A stretch of DNA of 64,000 nucleotides from Flaccisagitta enflata (taxonomy: Eukaryota). The stretch's first letter is position 1. The number at the start of each line of letters is the position of its first letter. The notes below the pieces were generated by a model. The model made no database searches. It had not been told where the DNA came from and saw only the letters and a list, made by a program, of their open reading frames with translations. The stretch lies in contig OZ231126.1 of the NCBI GenBank assembly GCA_965153355.1, positions 17,112,001 through 17,176,000 on the forward strand, in the 5' to 3' direction. Positions 1 to 13,497 of this stretch are shown here, in pieces. Both the position numbers and the translations under genes were made by a program.

Positions 1-153
1 TCGAGGCTGAGATATGAGCCTCCCGAGGCTGAGATGGGCCTGAGGCTGAGATATGACGCCGAGGCTGGGGGAGGGTGCGTAGAAGAAGGAGGAGAAGAAG
101 GAGAAAATCCCCATTGTGTGACATAGGTCTCGGCCCTTCAGGGCCGCTGCCCC
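1..153 (-). mobile_element. End of a HINE-like family D element, cut by the window edge
   Basis: gaggctgagatatgagcc repeats and terminal cataggtctcggcccttcagggccgctgccc, close to the reverse complement of the start of the copy at 38531. Confidence 0.55.
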
Positions 154-155
154 AG

Positions 156-221
156 CAGCAACAACAACAGAACAGTTATAACCTGTACAACCACAGCAAC
201 AACAACAGCAGCAACAACAGC

Positions 222-271
<50 letters not shown>

Positions 272-281
272 CCACAACAAC
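156..281. repeat. (CAA)n/(CAG)n microsatellite
   Basis: Directly visible. Confidence 0.9.
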
Positions 282-1045
282 GAACTACATGCCTAACTTT
301 TCCTTCGTCCAAATCATTTCCCAACGAGGAAAAAGCTGATTTCATTAATGCAAAACCTGAAGCAATTTATGCTGGCTTTTAGTTATAATTATATAATTGC
401 GTGTTGAAAGACACTCCAGGATAAAAAAATTTGAAAAAACGAAACATATATTACTTAAATCAAAACAAAGTGACATCTTTCACCTCCTTTAATTATGTTT
501 TTTTTATTTGAAAAGCTTAATATGGTGATAATGAAAAATAAATAACATATCTAGAAACGTGAGAGGCTCGCCTTTTATATGACTATAGATTCGACGTTAT
601 GTTTGTATTATACAAAAATTGTTTATTAAAAATGTAATAACTAAAAAGTGAGAAAAAGCAAAAAATATCATTGAAGAAAGTCCCATTTAGCCGAGCCATA
701 GGCAATTAATGAACTGAATTATCGACTTTTTTCTCTTGAATCTCATACAACATGCTGTGACAATGATTCAAGCTAAATTTGAGAAATTTACCTCATTTTC
801 TTGATAATTTATTGCATGAAATATTAAAACCTTAGTTTGGCCAACATCATGTGCTCGCATAAAGCCGCAGATCGAGAATTAACTACCCCTGATACATTAT
901 TTTCTATCCAAAAATATTATTTTCTATCCAATAGAGGCACCTTTTGGTGGCCGCGCCTACACCTGAGTATTGGAGTTAAAGCGGCGAAACTCACTCTAGG
1001 GTGTAGGTCTCCAACTGATGACCAGAAATTGGATGTTAAAATATT

Positions 1046-2557
1046 AACTAGTCATCCAAGGATCGCACATGGTCAGCGGTACCCGATGCCCTGCTGGGAG
1101 TGATCCAGTGAAGAAGTGGAGTGAGAGCAGGGCAGCGGCCCCAAAGGGCCGATGTCCTGTAGAACACAGGGGGGAATTTCCATACGTCCTGAGGAGGCAC
1201 ATTTCTGGCAATAGATGACTGATTCAGGCCAAAGAAGGCATATTTGAAGGCTGGAGGGCAGAATTGAGGCTTTGAGAGTGGATTTGAGGTTTGGAGGGCA
1301 AATTTGAGCCACAGAGGGCTGATTTGATGCATGGAGGCCTAGTTGAAGGTCTGGAGGGCAGATCTGAGGTCTGTAGGTCAGATTTGAGGCAGGGGGGGGG
1401 GCTGATTTGAAGGCTAGAAGGCTGATTTGAGGCCTGGAGGGCTAAATTTAGGGCTGGGAGGGCAAATTTGAGGCCTTGATGGCCAACGGGGGGGGGGGGA
1501 CAGACGGATGCACTAAGGGCCATGGATTGCGCTAGATGGCTCCTTGGGTATTTGGGTGAAAATTCTCATCTCTGCTATATGGCTCAAACTAAGTAGAATG
1601 GTCATGGTAGCATTTTAGCATACATTACCGGTCCATATGACAGGTTTTGTGGCAATTTAGAGTGAAAAAAGGCGACCTAAATGGACATCACTACGAAAAA
1701 TGCTAAATTTTAAGAAAAATCAATAAATTTTTTGGATTATCTGTTAAGATGACAAAAAGCTGATGATATCTCCAATATTGGATTGGATTCCTTCATTAAT
1801 GTTCAAATGTCTGGAAAAATTTAAAAGATCATTAATTTTTACATTTTTAGCACTATGAAATTAGTCTACTATTACTACATATTTGACCTAATTTGCATGC
1901 TTTTATTACCCTATAAATATAAAAAATCGCACAAGGACGCACAATGAGCCACCTATGCCAAAATGTAGTTCAAGGGGTCTTGAATCCAGAATGTTATAGC
2001 TCAAGCGGGCCTTGGACGTCCAAATTGCGATTTTCTTGGCCTAAAATGGACAGGTAATAATGTGGATAAGATTAAAGATCTATATTCGATTGGAAAAAAA
2101 AATGAGCAAAATGAGCTAAATGAGTAAAAGAATGATTTTTTTTAAGCACCTTATTAAGGAATCTTATTGAACAAAGGCAAAAATCCTATTGATTTGGTCA
2201 AAACATTAGACTATTTGAATACTAAATGTAAGAGAGTTTATTTTTCACTTTATTTTCTCAAATTTCTCTTCTTTTGTACTCTAAGCTCATAAAGCTCTTA
2301 ATCCAATAGAAATGAGTCAATATTGGATATAAATAGTTTCATTACATCTGAAAATATGCAGAAAAATGTTTTTCACTCTGTATATTTCAAAAGGAACAAT
2401 GTAATGGAAAAGATGTAATGTTAATCCCCAATGAGCCACCTAGCGCACAATCTAGCCCACAGTGGGATGGAAGGACGGACGGACGGACGGACGGACGTAT
2501 GGAAATTCCCCCCTGTGTTCTACAGGACATCGGCCCTTTGGGGCCGCTGCCCAAAAA
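1046..2557 (-). mobile_element. DINE-1/HINE-like non-autonomous element, family D, interrupted by 1511-2464
   Basis: ~50-bp subterminal inverted repeat gggcagcggccccaaagggccgatgtcctgtagaacacagggg (1131) / cccctgtgttctacaggacatcggccctttggggccgctgccc (2510); degenerate 21-bp repeats; (GGAC)n. Near-identical ends at 54924-55462. Confidence 0.7.
1511..2464. mobile_element. Non-autonomous TIR element with CAC..GTG ends and 5-bp TSD (Transib-like)
   Basis: Imperfect ~38-bp TIRs (cactaagggc..gcgctagatggctccttggg / cccaatgagccacctagcgc..gcccacagtg); GGATG at 1506-1510 and 2465-2469. Confidence 0.65.
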
Positions 2558-3261
2558 GGAGAATTAAATTATATTTCTAAATATGGCAAAGTACTTTATA
2601 CCCCTTCATGGTGACCTATCATCCCATGATATATCTTCTTGAAGATGAATTCCTATTCCTCCGATCATTAAGATTTCCCTTTAACACAAAATAGTATAAA
2701 TTGTCCATATTCCCACCTCCATAGTTTAATTGAAAGGAGGGGTAACAGCTAGGGAGTCGGATCCCCATAGTTCCTGTTTTTCAATTAGATTTAACCTTTG
2801 CTGAATTGACTATCTGTCAATGCCAGGGGAATCCTTTTAACATCTATCCATAACCTAGCTATAATAAAAATTATAATTGTTTTGAGAGATAAGACAAAGT
2901 CTTGTTTTCTGCTAAAATTACTTATCCAAAAGGTTTTGAATTTCAGTAACCACTAAATTTGATTAATCTTTAAAATTGGATATGTAAACCTGTGAGTGGG
3001 AAAGCATATCTTATACAGAAATGGTAAGCTTTTTGAATGTTTTATTTCTTTTTTATATGGTATTTATTTTTCAATAACATTTCCTAAAGTTTTATAAGAT
3101 ACTTTTTGTTGCACATTTCATATATCTACGACTTGTGCAAAAGCTCAATACGAGCAGTAGCGTCAGCTAGCGTCAGCTCGCTTTTAAAGATATTCCTCAA
3201 ACATGCAAATTAAGTAAATGCAAAATGAAATTTATTTGTTAATGATTGAAGAAAGAGAGAG

Positions 3262-3316
<55 letters not shown>

Positions 3317-3479
3317 GACAGACAGACAGAGAGATTTCTGGCTTCAAATTATGATTTTTCTCATTTTCTCATAGTCTTAACTGTTTTTTTCTCTTGTCGT
3401 TTTCGTCTATGACATTCACATATAGCATCTCTCCACTTGCCTGCCTAACTTTTCATCCCTCTCTCAATCTCTCTCTTTC

Positions 3480-3593
<114 letters not shown>

Positions 3594-4909
3594 GTCCAAA
3601 GAACAATAACAACGTGCTCCATATGCTAACTCTCTCTCCCTTCTTCTTTTCCTCCTTCTCTTCCTCTTCCTCTTCTTCTTCTTCTTCTTCTTCTTCTTCT
3701 TCTACTTCTTCATTTTCTTGTTTTTCTTCTTCTTCTTCTTCTTCTTTTTCTTCATCTTCTTCTTCTTCTTCTTCTTCTTCATTGAATCAATGTCGGTTGG
3801 TCTCACAATCCATGCATTAACAAACATCAAATCAAATCAAACAGTTTATTTCCCAACATGAACAGTGGTTAAGATTGAGGAGTACAATGTTTTGTCGGGG
3901 AGGACTATGACTAAGCCTTCAATGTCTAGGTCTAGTTACGATACAATTTTTCTTTTCCAAATTACCGACAGGCTTGCTCTAGATAGCCCTCATAATACAA
4001 AATTTTAATTAATTGGTATTCTTTTACAAGAAAATACAATCAATATACATAACAAAAACGTACGAACACGCCAGACACAAACATTAACAACAAAAAGTTG
4101 AATAAATAGTCATCCAATAAATAGTCATCGAAAGATGGTATATGTTACCATGTAACAGTAAGAAGTAATAAATACTAGGTTACGAGTATTTGGGGTTCAG
4201 AAAAGAGTTGGTTGTTGGTTGTTGGATGTTGGTAATTGGATGTTACTTTTCTTTGGGTCTGTGGTGAAGCGATGTCAGAGCAGGTGTTCCTGAGGAGGAA
4301 AGATAGAAAAAGGCCAGAAAAAGCACCCGCAGGAAGATCCCCTGCCTCACAGTGTGCAGTAGTCATGTATGATATGGTGTGATAAGTCTCAATTCAGTTT
4401 TGTACACAGCTTTCTAGACTATCCATCTTTCCAATGAAGATTATAATTGCAATAAAAACAAAGGAATAAATGAGGATAGACACAGTTACCAATCAATTTT
4501 TGAATCACATGAAGATCAACAACATAGTTTTCTGTTACTGTACCGTTTAAATGATGTCCTGCTAGGGACGCTGTTTGAAAGAACAAACAGGTATAGCAGG
4601 GGATAGTCTGTCCCATTCGGGACACCCACTTGAGTTTACTTTTACTTGGACAAACTGAGTTTCATAATATGACAAGAGGGCTTACAGTCTGACAGGACAT
4701 GGCCCGTGAAGACCAGGAACTGTCGGCTTGCCATCAAGATGCGTTCATCCTGATAGCTAAAATATCAGAAAATGTCAGTTTTAGCGAGCTTATTGTAAGT
4801 AGGAAATAGAAGGAAAAAATCATTTGGCCTATTTATGCCTAACAAAACCTAACCTAGCGAAACCCTAACTAACCTAACCAAAAACCTGACTAAGTGGGTA
4901 AATGTGATT

Positions 4910-7710
4910 TGGCAGTACCCCTGGCCTCCAGTACCCCCTGGTAAAAATAATGGGAAAAAGTGGGGATATATCTTGGCAGTACCCTCAGCAGTACCCCAGT
5001 CTTCTCTTTAGAGAATGATCTGGCAGTACCCTTAAATCTCAGCAGTACCCCATGTTTTAATGAGGAACTATCTAAGCAGTACCTCCTCATTTGTGTACCC
5101 TTTTATATATTATGGAACGATCAGCAGTACTAATCTGTTTGGCAGTACCCTTTACAGACCATGGGGAATCAAACCAGCATTGCCCACTTATAAATCTGGC
5201 AGTACCCTCCTTATATAGCATGAACAACCAAAACAGTCAGTGTACAAAATGATAATGTTCATTATATCATCAAAAAAGAGATTTAAAAGTGTTCAAGCGG
5301 GTAGGGGAACTATCCCAGCAGTACCCCAGCAATCTGGCAGTACCCCCTTCAAACTTAGATTGAAGGCTTATAAACAGTTAAAAGTTGGGGAACTGTCAGC
5401 AGTGCCCCTTCAATCTGTAGTACTATCCAAACTTAGATTGAAGGCTTGAAAAACTTGTTAAAAAGTAAGGCTGGGGAACTATCTGGCAGTACGCTTCAAT
5501 CTGGCAGTACCTTCAAACCTGAGATTGAAGTCTTGAAAAACTGATTAAAGCTGGGGAACTATCCCTAGTACCCTGAATCTGTAGTACCCTTATCAACATA
5601 AGAAGAAATTATAAAAACCTGAATACAAAGTTGGGAACTATCCCAGCAGTACTTCCTTCATTTTGGCAGTACCCCCTCCAAACTTTATATTGAAGGCTTA
5701 AAAATACTGATTAAAAGTTGAGGGAACTATCAAGCAGTACCCCTTCAATCTGGCAGTACCCTTATCAACATAGAGTGGAGCTATAAAAACCTGAATACAA
5801 AAGTGGGGAACTATCGCGGTACCCGTTCAGTAGCAGTACGCCCCTTCAAACCTTAAGCGATTGAAACGAAAAACAGACAAAAGTTGAGAACTATCCCAGC
5901 AGTACACCTTAAATCTGGCAGTACCCCTTATCAACATAAGAATGGAGCTATAAAAACCTGAATACAAAGTTGGGGAACTATCCCAGCAGTACCCCCATCA
6001 ATCTGGCAGTACCCCCTCCAAACTTTAGATTGAAGGCTTGAAAAACTGATTAAAAAGTTGGGGAACTATCCCAGCAGTACCACCTTCAATCTGGCAGTAC
6101 CACTTATCAACATAAGAGTAGAGCTATAAAAACCTGAATACAAAGTTGGGAACTATCCCAGCAGTGCCCCTTCAATCTGTAGTACCCCCTTCAAAACCAC
6201 GGTTATTTGGCTGAATAAAAAGTTGGGGAACTATCCCAGCAGTACCCCCTTCAATCTGGCAGTACCCCCTTCAAACACGAGATTGAAGTCTTAAAAAACT
6301 GATTGCAAAGCTGGGGAACTATCCCAGCAGTACCCTCTTCAATCTGGCAGTACCCCCTCCAAGTTTTAGATTGAAGGCTTGAAGGCTTGAAAAACTGATT
6401 AAAAAGTTGGGGAACTATCCCAGCAGTACCCCCTTCAATCTGGCAGTACCCCCTTCAAACACGAGATTGAAGTCTTGAAAAACTGAATAAAAAGTTGGGG
6501 TACTATCCCAGCAGTACCCCCTTCAATCTGGCAGTACCCCTTATCAACATAAGAGTGGAGCTATAAAAACTGGCAGTACCCTCCTTATATAGCATGAACA
6601 ACCAAAAAAAGTCAGTGTACAAAAGGATAATGTTCATTAAGTGCATCAATAAAAAGAGAGATTTAAAAGTGTTCAAACAGGTAGGGAACTATCCCAGCAG
6701 CAATGCCTTGCGGGACCCCATGGGCAGGGTCGGCCGGTCCCTCGGCACGGCAAGGCCGGATACCGGAGGTCGGGAGCTCGGTACGGGCAGGGGCAGTACT
6801 GGGGCTCGGTATAGGGGGTCGGTACTAGGTAATGATACAAAAAATCTGAGACAAGACTTCACATTCTTTTTAAAATACTGTTGAAAATCATAAACAATGA
6901 AAAAAAAAGAGAAAAAAGAAACAAACAACTTGGATTAGAAAAAAAAGTAGAATGTGCTGCAATTTCAGTTCCTCATTTATTTTTAGTTTTAATTCAGTTT
7001 GAGATCCTATGTTCCGATGTTTGGTTGTCGATGACCGGAAGTGAAGATAATCCTCAATCGCGATACCTGATTATTCCTTGCCATTCACTGTCTTTGACTT
7101 TTTTTCTTTGTTTAGTAATGTAAATCTATTTAACAATTCTATTCGTAACTTACAAATTATACCATAATCGGCAAGAGAATAGTTTTAGCTTTCTTTTGAT
7201 ATATCATATAAAAAGATTTAAGTAATAGAGGCTTTAAAATAAACTACTATTGATGAGGATATCACTTGATCTCTCTGTCACGTTTTTGGCCAACCACCAT
7301 CACTTTTCCCCCCTGAAAATATATGTTGTCTGAGATCTTCTTTTATTTTCTATACAAATAACATGAAGTTTCTTTTGCTCATCGCGTCAAGGCGCGTGGT
7401 CGTAGAGATAAAATGAAAACAGATTTGAACTCGTCATGTTTTGGAGATTTTAAGTGTAGCTCTCCTTAACTCAACGCGGCCTGGTTAGACCACAACAACC
7501 TTTTATTTAAAGCTTCAACGACTACGGAATTTATTGGACAATTTTTTTCAAAAAAAAAATCTTGTGATGATAATAGGTCTAAATAACAAAAATTCCTTGG
7601 TCTAGAACATTTTCATGCCTTTGTCATGGCCTGGGCGTGCAAGGAGCCAAGGAACACAGTATTTTTTTTGCGAGCTCCATGAATCTTAACTAATGTTACG
7701 TTTCTACTTT

Positions 7711-7773
<63 letters not shown>

Positions 7774-10700
7774 GACTGATTCATTTCAGCGATTCTTCCA
7801 TTATGATCCTTAAATTCTCGAGTTAATCATATGGGAGAATAATCTATCATTTTAAAATAAAAAAAATTGTTCATATTTTTGACTGAAATGTACAAGCAAA
7901 TAAATTTGAAAAAAGTGAAAGAAAAAGAAAGAAAATAAAAGATGCAAAAAATGACAATAACAGAAAATGTAAGATACAAAACAAATTAAGGCAATTAGAA
8001 AAACAAAAGTAATAACATAGTATTCAAGAAAAATGGAAAAAGAAAAGAAAATGAATAAAAAATGGAGAGTTAAAATGAGACAAAAAAAGTAAAAAATGAG
8101 AAACTTCTAAAAAAAATTAGAAAAAAGTTAAGTCTATGTAATCTATTAATTAGTAAAAGCTATCAATTTTTTTTTGTAATTCAAAAATGATCACAGAATA
8201 TTTCCCATGAAAGAAAAGATATAGAAAAACAAACAATTTCCAATATTGTCGAAAACTGATAGATACGGAGAAGGAGGAGGAGGAAGAGGCAGAGGGCCGG
8301 GATAAGCATCGGGTCCCGAAAATTCGGGACAAGGTGAGGTTCCGGCATGTCGGGGCCTCGGGACCCAAGTCCCGCCATGCATTGCCCAGCAGTACCCCCT
8401 TCAATCTGGCAGTACCCCCTTCAAACACGAGATTGAAGGCTTGAAAAACTGATTACAAAGTTGGGGAACTATCCCAGCAGTACCCCCTTCAATCTGGCAG
8501 TACCCCATCTAAACTTAGATTGAAGGCTTGAAAAACTGATTAAAAATTTGGGGAACTATCTCAGCAGTACCCCCTTCAATCTGGCAGTACCCCCTTCAAA
8601 CACAAGATTGAAGTCTTGAAAAACTGATTAAAAAGCTGGGGAACTATCCCAGCAGTACCCCCTTGAATCTGGCAGTACCCCTTATCAACATAAGAAGAGA
8701 GCTATAAAAACCTGAATACAAAGTTGGGGAACTATCCCAGCAGTACCCCCTTCAATCTGGCAGTACCCCCTCCAAACTTTAGATTGAAGGCTTAAAATAC
8801 TGATTAAAAAGTTGGGGAACTATCCCAGCAGTACCCCCTTCAATCTGGCAGTACCCCTTATCAACATAAGAGTGGAGCTATAAAAACCTGAATACAAAGT
8901 TGGGGAACTATCCCAGCAGTACCCCGTTCAATCTGGCAGTACACCCCTTCAAACACGCGATTGAAGGCTTGAAAAACTGAATAAAAAGTTGGGGAACTAT
9001 CCCAGCAGTACCCCCTTGAATCTGGCAGTACCCCTTATCAACATAAGAATGGAGCTATAAAAACCTGAATACAAAGTTGGGGAACTATCCCAGCAGTACC
9101 CCCTTCAAACACACGATTGAAGGCTTGAAAAACTGAATAAAAAGTTGGGGAACTATCCCAGCAGTACCCCCTTGAATATGGCAGTACCCCTTATCAACAT
9201 AAGAATGGAGCTATAAAAACCTGAATACAAAGTTGGGGAACTATCCCAGCAGTACCCCCTTCAATCTGGCAGTACCCCCTCCAAACTTTAGATTGAAGGC
9301 TTAAAATACTGATTAAAAAGTTGGGGAACTATCCCAGCAGTACCCCGATCAATCTGGCAGTACCCCTTATCAACATAAGAGTAGAGCTATAAAAACCTGA
9401 TTACAGAGTTGGGGAACTTTCCCAGCAGTACCCCCTTCAATCTGGCAGTACCCCCTTCAAACACGAGATTGAAGGCTTCAAAAACTGAATAAAAAGTTGG
9501 GGAACTATCCCAGCAGTACCCCCTTCAATCTGGCAGTACCCCCTTCAAACACGAGATTGAAGTCTTAAAAAACTGATTACAAAGCTGGGGAACTATCCCA
9601 GCAGTACCCTCTTCAATCTGGCAGTACCCCCTCCAAACTTTAGATTGAAGGCTTGAAAAACTGATCAAAAAGTTGGGGAACTACCCCAGCTGTACCCCCT
9701 TCAATCTGGCAGGACCCCCTTCAAACACGAGATTAAAGTCCTGAAAAACTGATTAAAAAGCTGGGGAACTATCCCAGCAGTACCCCCTTCAATCTGGCAG
9801 TACCCGTTATCAACATAAAAAGAGAGATATAAAAACCTGAATACAAAGTTGGGGAACTATCCCAGCAGTACCCCCTTCAATCTGGCAGTACCCCATCCAA
9901 ACTTAGATTGAAGGCTTGAAAAACTGATTAAAAAGTTGGAGAACTATCTCAGCAGTACCCCCTTCAATCTGGCAGTACCCCCTTCAAACACAAGATTGAA
10001 GTCTTGAAAAACTGATTAAAAAGCAGTACCCCCTTGAATCTGGCAGTACCCCTTATCAACATAAGAAGAGAGCTATAAAAACCTGAATACAAAGTTGGGG
10101 AACTATCCCAGCAGTACTCCCTTCAATCTGGCAGTACCCCCTCAAAACTTTAGATTGAAGGCTTAAAATACTGATTAAAAAGTTGGGGAACTATCCCAGC
10201 AGTACCCCCTTCAATCTGGCAGTACCCCTTATCAACATAAGAGTGGAGCTATAAAAACCTGAATACAAAGTTGGGGAACTATCCCAGCAGTACCCCCTTC
10301 AATCTGGCAGTACCCCCTTCAAACACGAGATTGAAGGCTTGAAAAACTGAATAAAAAGTTGGGGAACTATCCCAGCAGTACCCCCTTCAATCTGGCAGTA
10401 CCCCCTTCAAACACGAGATTGAAGTCTTAAAAAACTGATTACAAAGCTGGGGAACTATCCCAGCAGTACCCCCTTGAATCTGGCAGTACCCCTTATCAAC
10501 ATAAGAATGGAGCTATAAAAACCTGAATACAAAGTTGGGGAACTATCCCAGCAGTACCCCCTTCAATCTGGCAGTACCCCCTCCAAGTTTTAGATTGAAG
10601 GCTTGAAAAACTGATTAAAAAGTTGGGGAACTATCCCAGCAGTACCCCCTTCAATCTGGCAGTACCCCATCCAAACTTAGATTGAAGGCTTGAAAAACTG

Positions 10701-11792
10701 ATTAAAAAGTTGGGGAACTATCTCAGCAGTACCCCTTTCAATCTGGCAGTACCCCCTTCAAATGTAAGAGTTTAGGCATATAAAGCTGATTGATATGGTG
10801 GGGAACTATCCCAGCAGTACCCCCTTCAATCTGGCAGTACCCCCTTCAAACACGAGATTGAAGTCTTGAAAAACTGATTAAAAAGCTGGGGAACTATCCC
10901 AGCAGTACCCCCTGGAATCTGGCAGTACCCCTTATCAACATAGGAGTGGAGCTATAAAATCCTGAATACAAAGTTGGGGAACAATTCCAGCAGTGCCCCC
11001 TTCAGTCTGGCAGTACCCCCTTCAATTATGAGATTGAAGGCTTGAAAAACTGAATAAAAAGGTGGGGAGCTATCCCAGCAGTACCCCCTTCAATCTGGCA
11101 GTACCCCCTTCAAACACGAGATTGAAGTTTTAAAAAACTGATTACAAAGCTGGAGAACTATCCCAGCAGTACCCCCTTGAATCTGCAAGTACCCCTTATC
11201 AACATAAGAATGGAGCTATAAAAACCTGAATACAAAGTTGGGGAACTATCCCAGCAGTACCCCCTTCAATCTGGCAGTACCCCCTCCAAACTTTAGATTG
11301 AAGGCTTGAAAAACTGATTAAAAAGTTGGGGAACTATCCCAGCAGTACCCCCTTCAATCTGGCAGTACCCCCTTCAAACACGAGATTGAAGTCTTGAAAA
11401 ACTGATTAAAAAGCTGGGGAACTATCCCAGCAGTACCCCCTTCAATCTGGCAGTACCCCTTATCAACATAAGAAGAGAGCTATAAAAACCTGAATACAAA
11501 GTTGGGGAACTATCCCAGCAGTACCCCCTTCCATCTGGCAGTACCCCATCAAAACTTAGATTGAAGGCTTGAAAAACTGATTAAAAAGTTGGGGAACTAT
11601 CTCAGCAGTACCCCCTTCAATCTGGCAGTACCCCCTTCAAACACAAGATTGAAGTCTTGAAAAACTGATTAAAAAGCTGGGGAACTATCCCAGCAGTACC
11701 CCCTTGAATCTGGCAGTACCCCTTATCAACATAAGAAGAGAGCTATAAAAACCTGATTACAAAGTTGGGGAACTATCCCAGCAGTACCCCCT
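4910..11792. repeat. ~88-bp tandem satellite (about 50 units), interrupted at 6701-8384
   Basis: Unit ttggggaactatcccagcagtacccccttcaatctggcagtacccc + variable half; successive units start at 8461, 8548, 8636, 8724. Degenerate GCAGTACCC motifs from 4910. Confidence 0.95.
6701..8384. mobile_element. Non-autonomous hAT-type element inserted in the satellite
   Basis: TIRs caatgccttgcgggac / gtcccgccatgcattg; perfect 8-bp TSD cccagcag (6693-6700, 8385-8392); GC-rich subtermini; no transposase ORF. Confidence 0.85.
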
Positions 11793-13497
11793 ATTGCATT
11801 AACATTATGTATGATCTGATGCCAAAAACATGCTGTTAGAGCATGCCTTGAATATGCCGTAAAAATGGTGTATTTGACATTTTTTTCTCCCTTGCATACT
11901 CTGATTTAAATAACCAAAGCCGCATAAACGACCAATCAGTAGTCGCTGGCGGAGGGGCAGGTGCAACAATGCAGGTGAGCAGGGGCTGTAATGTGGCTTG
12001 GCAGGGGCTGTGTCGTTCATAAATCAATATATCAGCTAATTTCGCGTCATCCAATATTTCACGTTACAATTACAGACGTTACAATTACAGACACAATTTG
12101 GAATCCTGCAGGCCGTGAAAGGGCGTGTTTCCTCTTTCTAGAAATACGCGTTGAATGTGTTTTCAGCATGAACACATATCTATAAATTTCAGAGTCCCAC
12201 AAGGAAGTGAGCGGAGTGAGCAAGCTCCTAAATAAAGTGAGCGAGCTTGTCAATGGAGCGAGCAAGCGCAGCAAGTGTAGCGGAATGAGCGTTGCAAGCA
12301 AACGAATATATCAAGCGACCAAGTGGCCTGTTTAAAACATGTTGTCTGTGACTAGAAAAGCGCCCTAAATCCTATGATATAACAATATATTTAACAGCCT
12401 CATTCATCCCCTATCTCATGGCGCACCGGACATGATAAACAACTCTGGGCACACTTTTCAATCTCTAGGGCGACACATCTTAGGTCAATGTGGCCCAAAA
12501 AAGGCCTCAATTGGCTCATTTTGGTCTGTTGCTTAAAAGTAAAGTGTAACAAGAATGAAGGAACATGTCAGAAAAAATGGATATTTTTATTTGTCTAGTT
12601 TTATTTGTCTAGATTCTGGTTGACACGAAAAAAAAAAAATCATGTTGAAGTATCAGAAGACTTTTACGTTTTTTTTCCTTTTTATGGAGTCATGAAAATT
12701 TCTCTGTTTTCACAACTTTCTAGTGCGTCCGTCAGTCCATCTGTCCGTCCATCCCTGAAGACGAGTCGAGAAGTGTGAAAACTCGCATTTTCACCCCTGC
12801 GACACGAGTTTCATACAAAATTCATAATAACATTTTTCGTAATATAAGTGAACTTACATAAAAAGACACCTAAACAAACGTTCCTTGTGGGCAGGTGGCC
12901 TTACAGCGAGAAAAAAAAAGCCGAGAAAAACGACATGTTCCTCATCTATGAATCTTTAAACACAAATACAACTTTGACTTGATTGAATGGGTATTAATGA
13001 TTGAGGTCCCCGCGAGTTTCCGAGATATGTTGTAGGGGAGTAAAAGTTCTGTCAAAAACTGTTTTTGTTAGAGATTTTCTCCGATGGTATCTCACCGTAA
13101 TCATCATTTCTTTAAGGGTAGGTAAAGCATAAGAAATAAAGAAAATTGCATATTCTGTTTTGAACTGCAGAAAAGAAGACCCTGCAGAAAACGATCTTTT
13201 CTACACTGCCATCGTTTCAGTAAATTAGTTTAGTTTGTATCAAAATGGATCATGGCTTAAATCTTTTAATACAAATAGTATTATAAATAGCTTATAAAGG
13301 GATTTCCGTATGAAAATGATAATTGACATGATACAAATTTTTCGATACCCCATACTACTCGTAGTCGTAATTGAACACTGTCAAAGACTGGTGGAATGGT
13401 AAGCGTAATCGTACTCGCTCATGCAGCAACATTCGCAGTCTCGTAATCGGTCTAAAATGCATTGTGTTGCCATCGCTGCTTCAAAGTTGCTGTATAT

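Noticed and set aside
3826-4740. Possible LINE 3' end on the minus strand (aataaa followed by tttga repeats)
   Set aside because: The tail is suggestive, but I could not read any reverse transcriptase or endonuclease motif upstream.
4843-4885. Telomere-like aacct/cctaa repeats
   Set aside because: Only a few degenerate units, internal; more likely part of a TE.
8385-11792. CRISPR-like look: constant repeat alternating with variable segments
   Set aside because: The variable parts are three recurring related variants, not unique spacers; no cas genes; eukaryotic context. It is a satellite.
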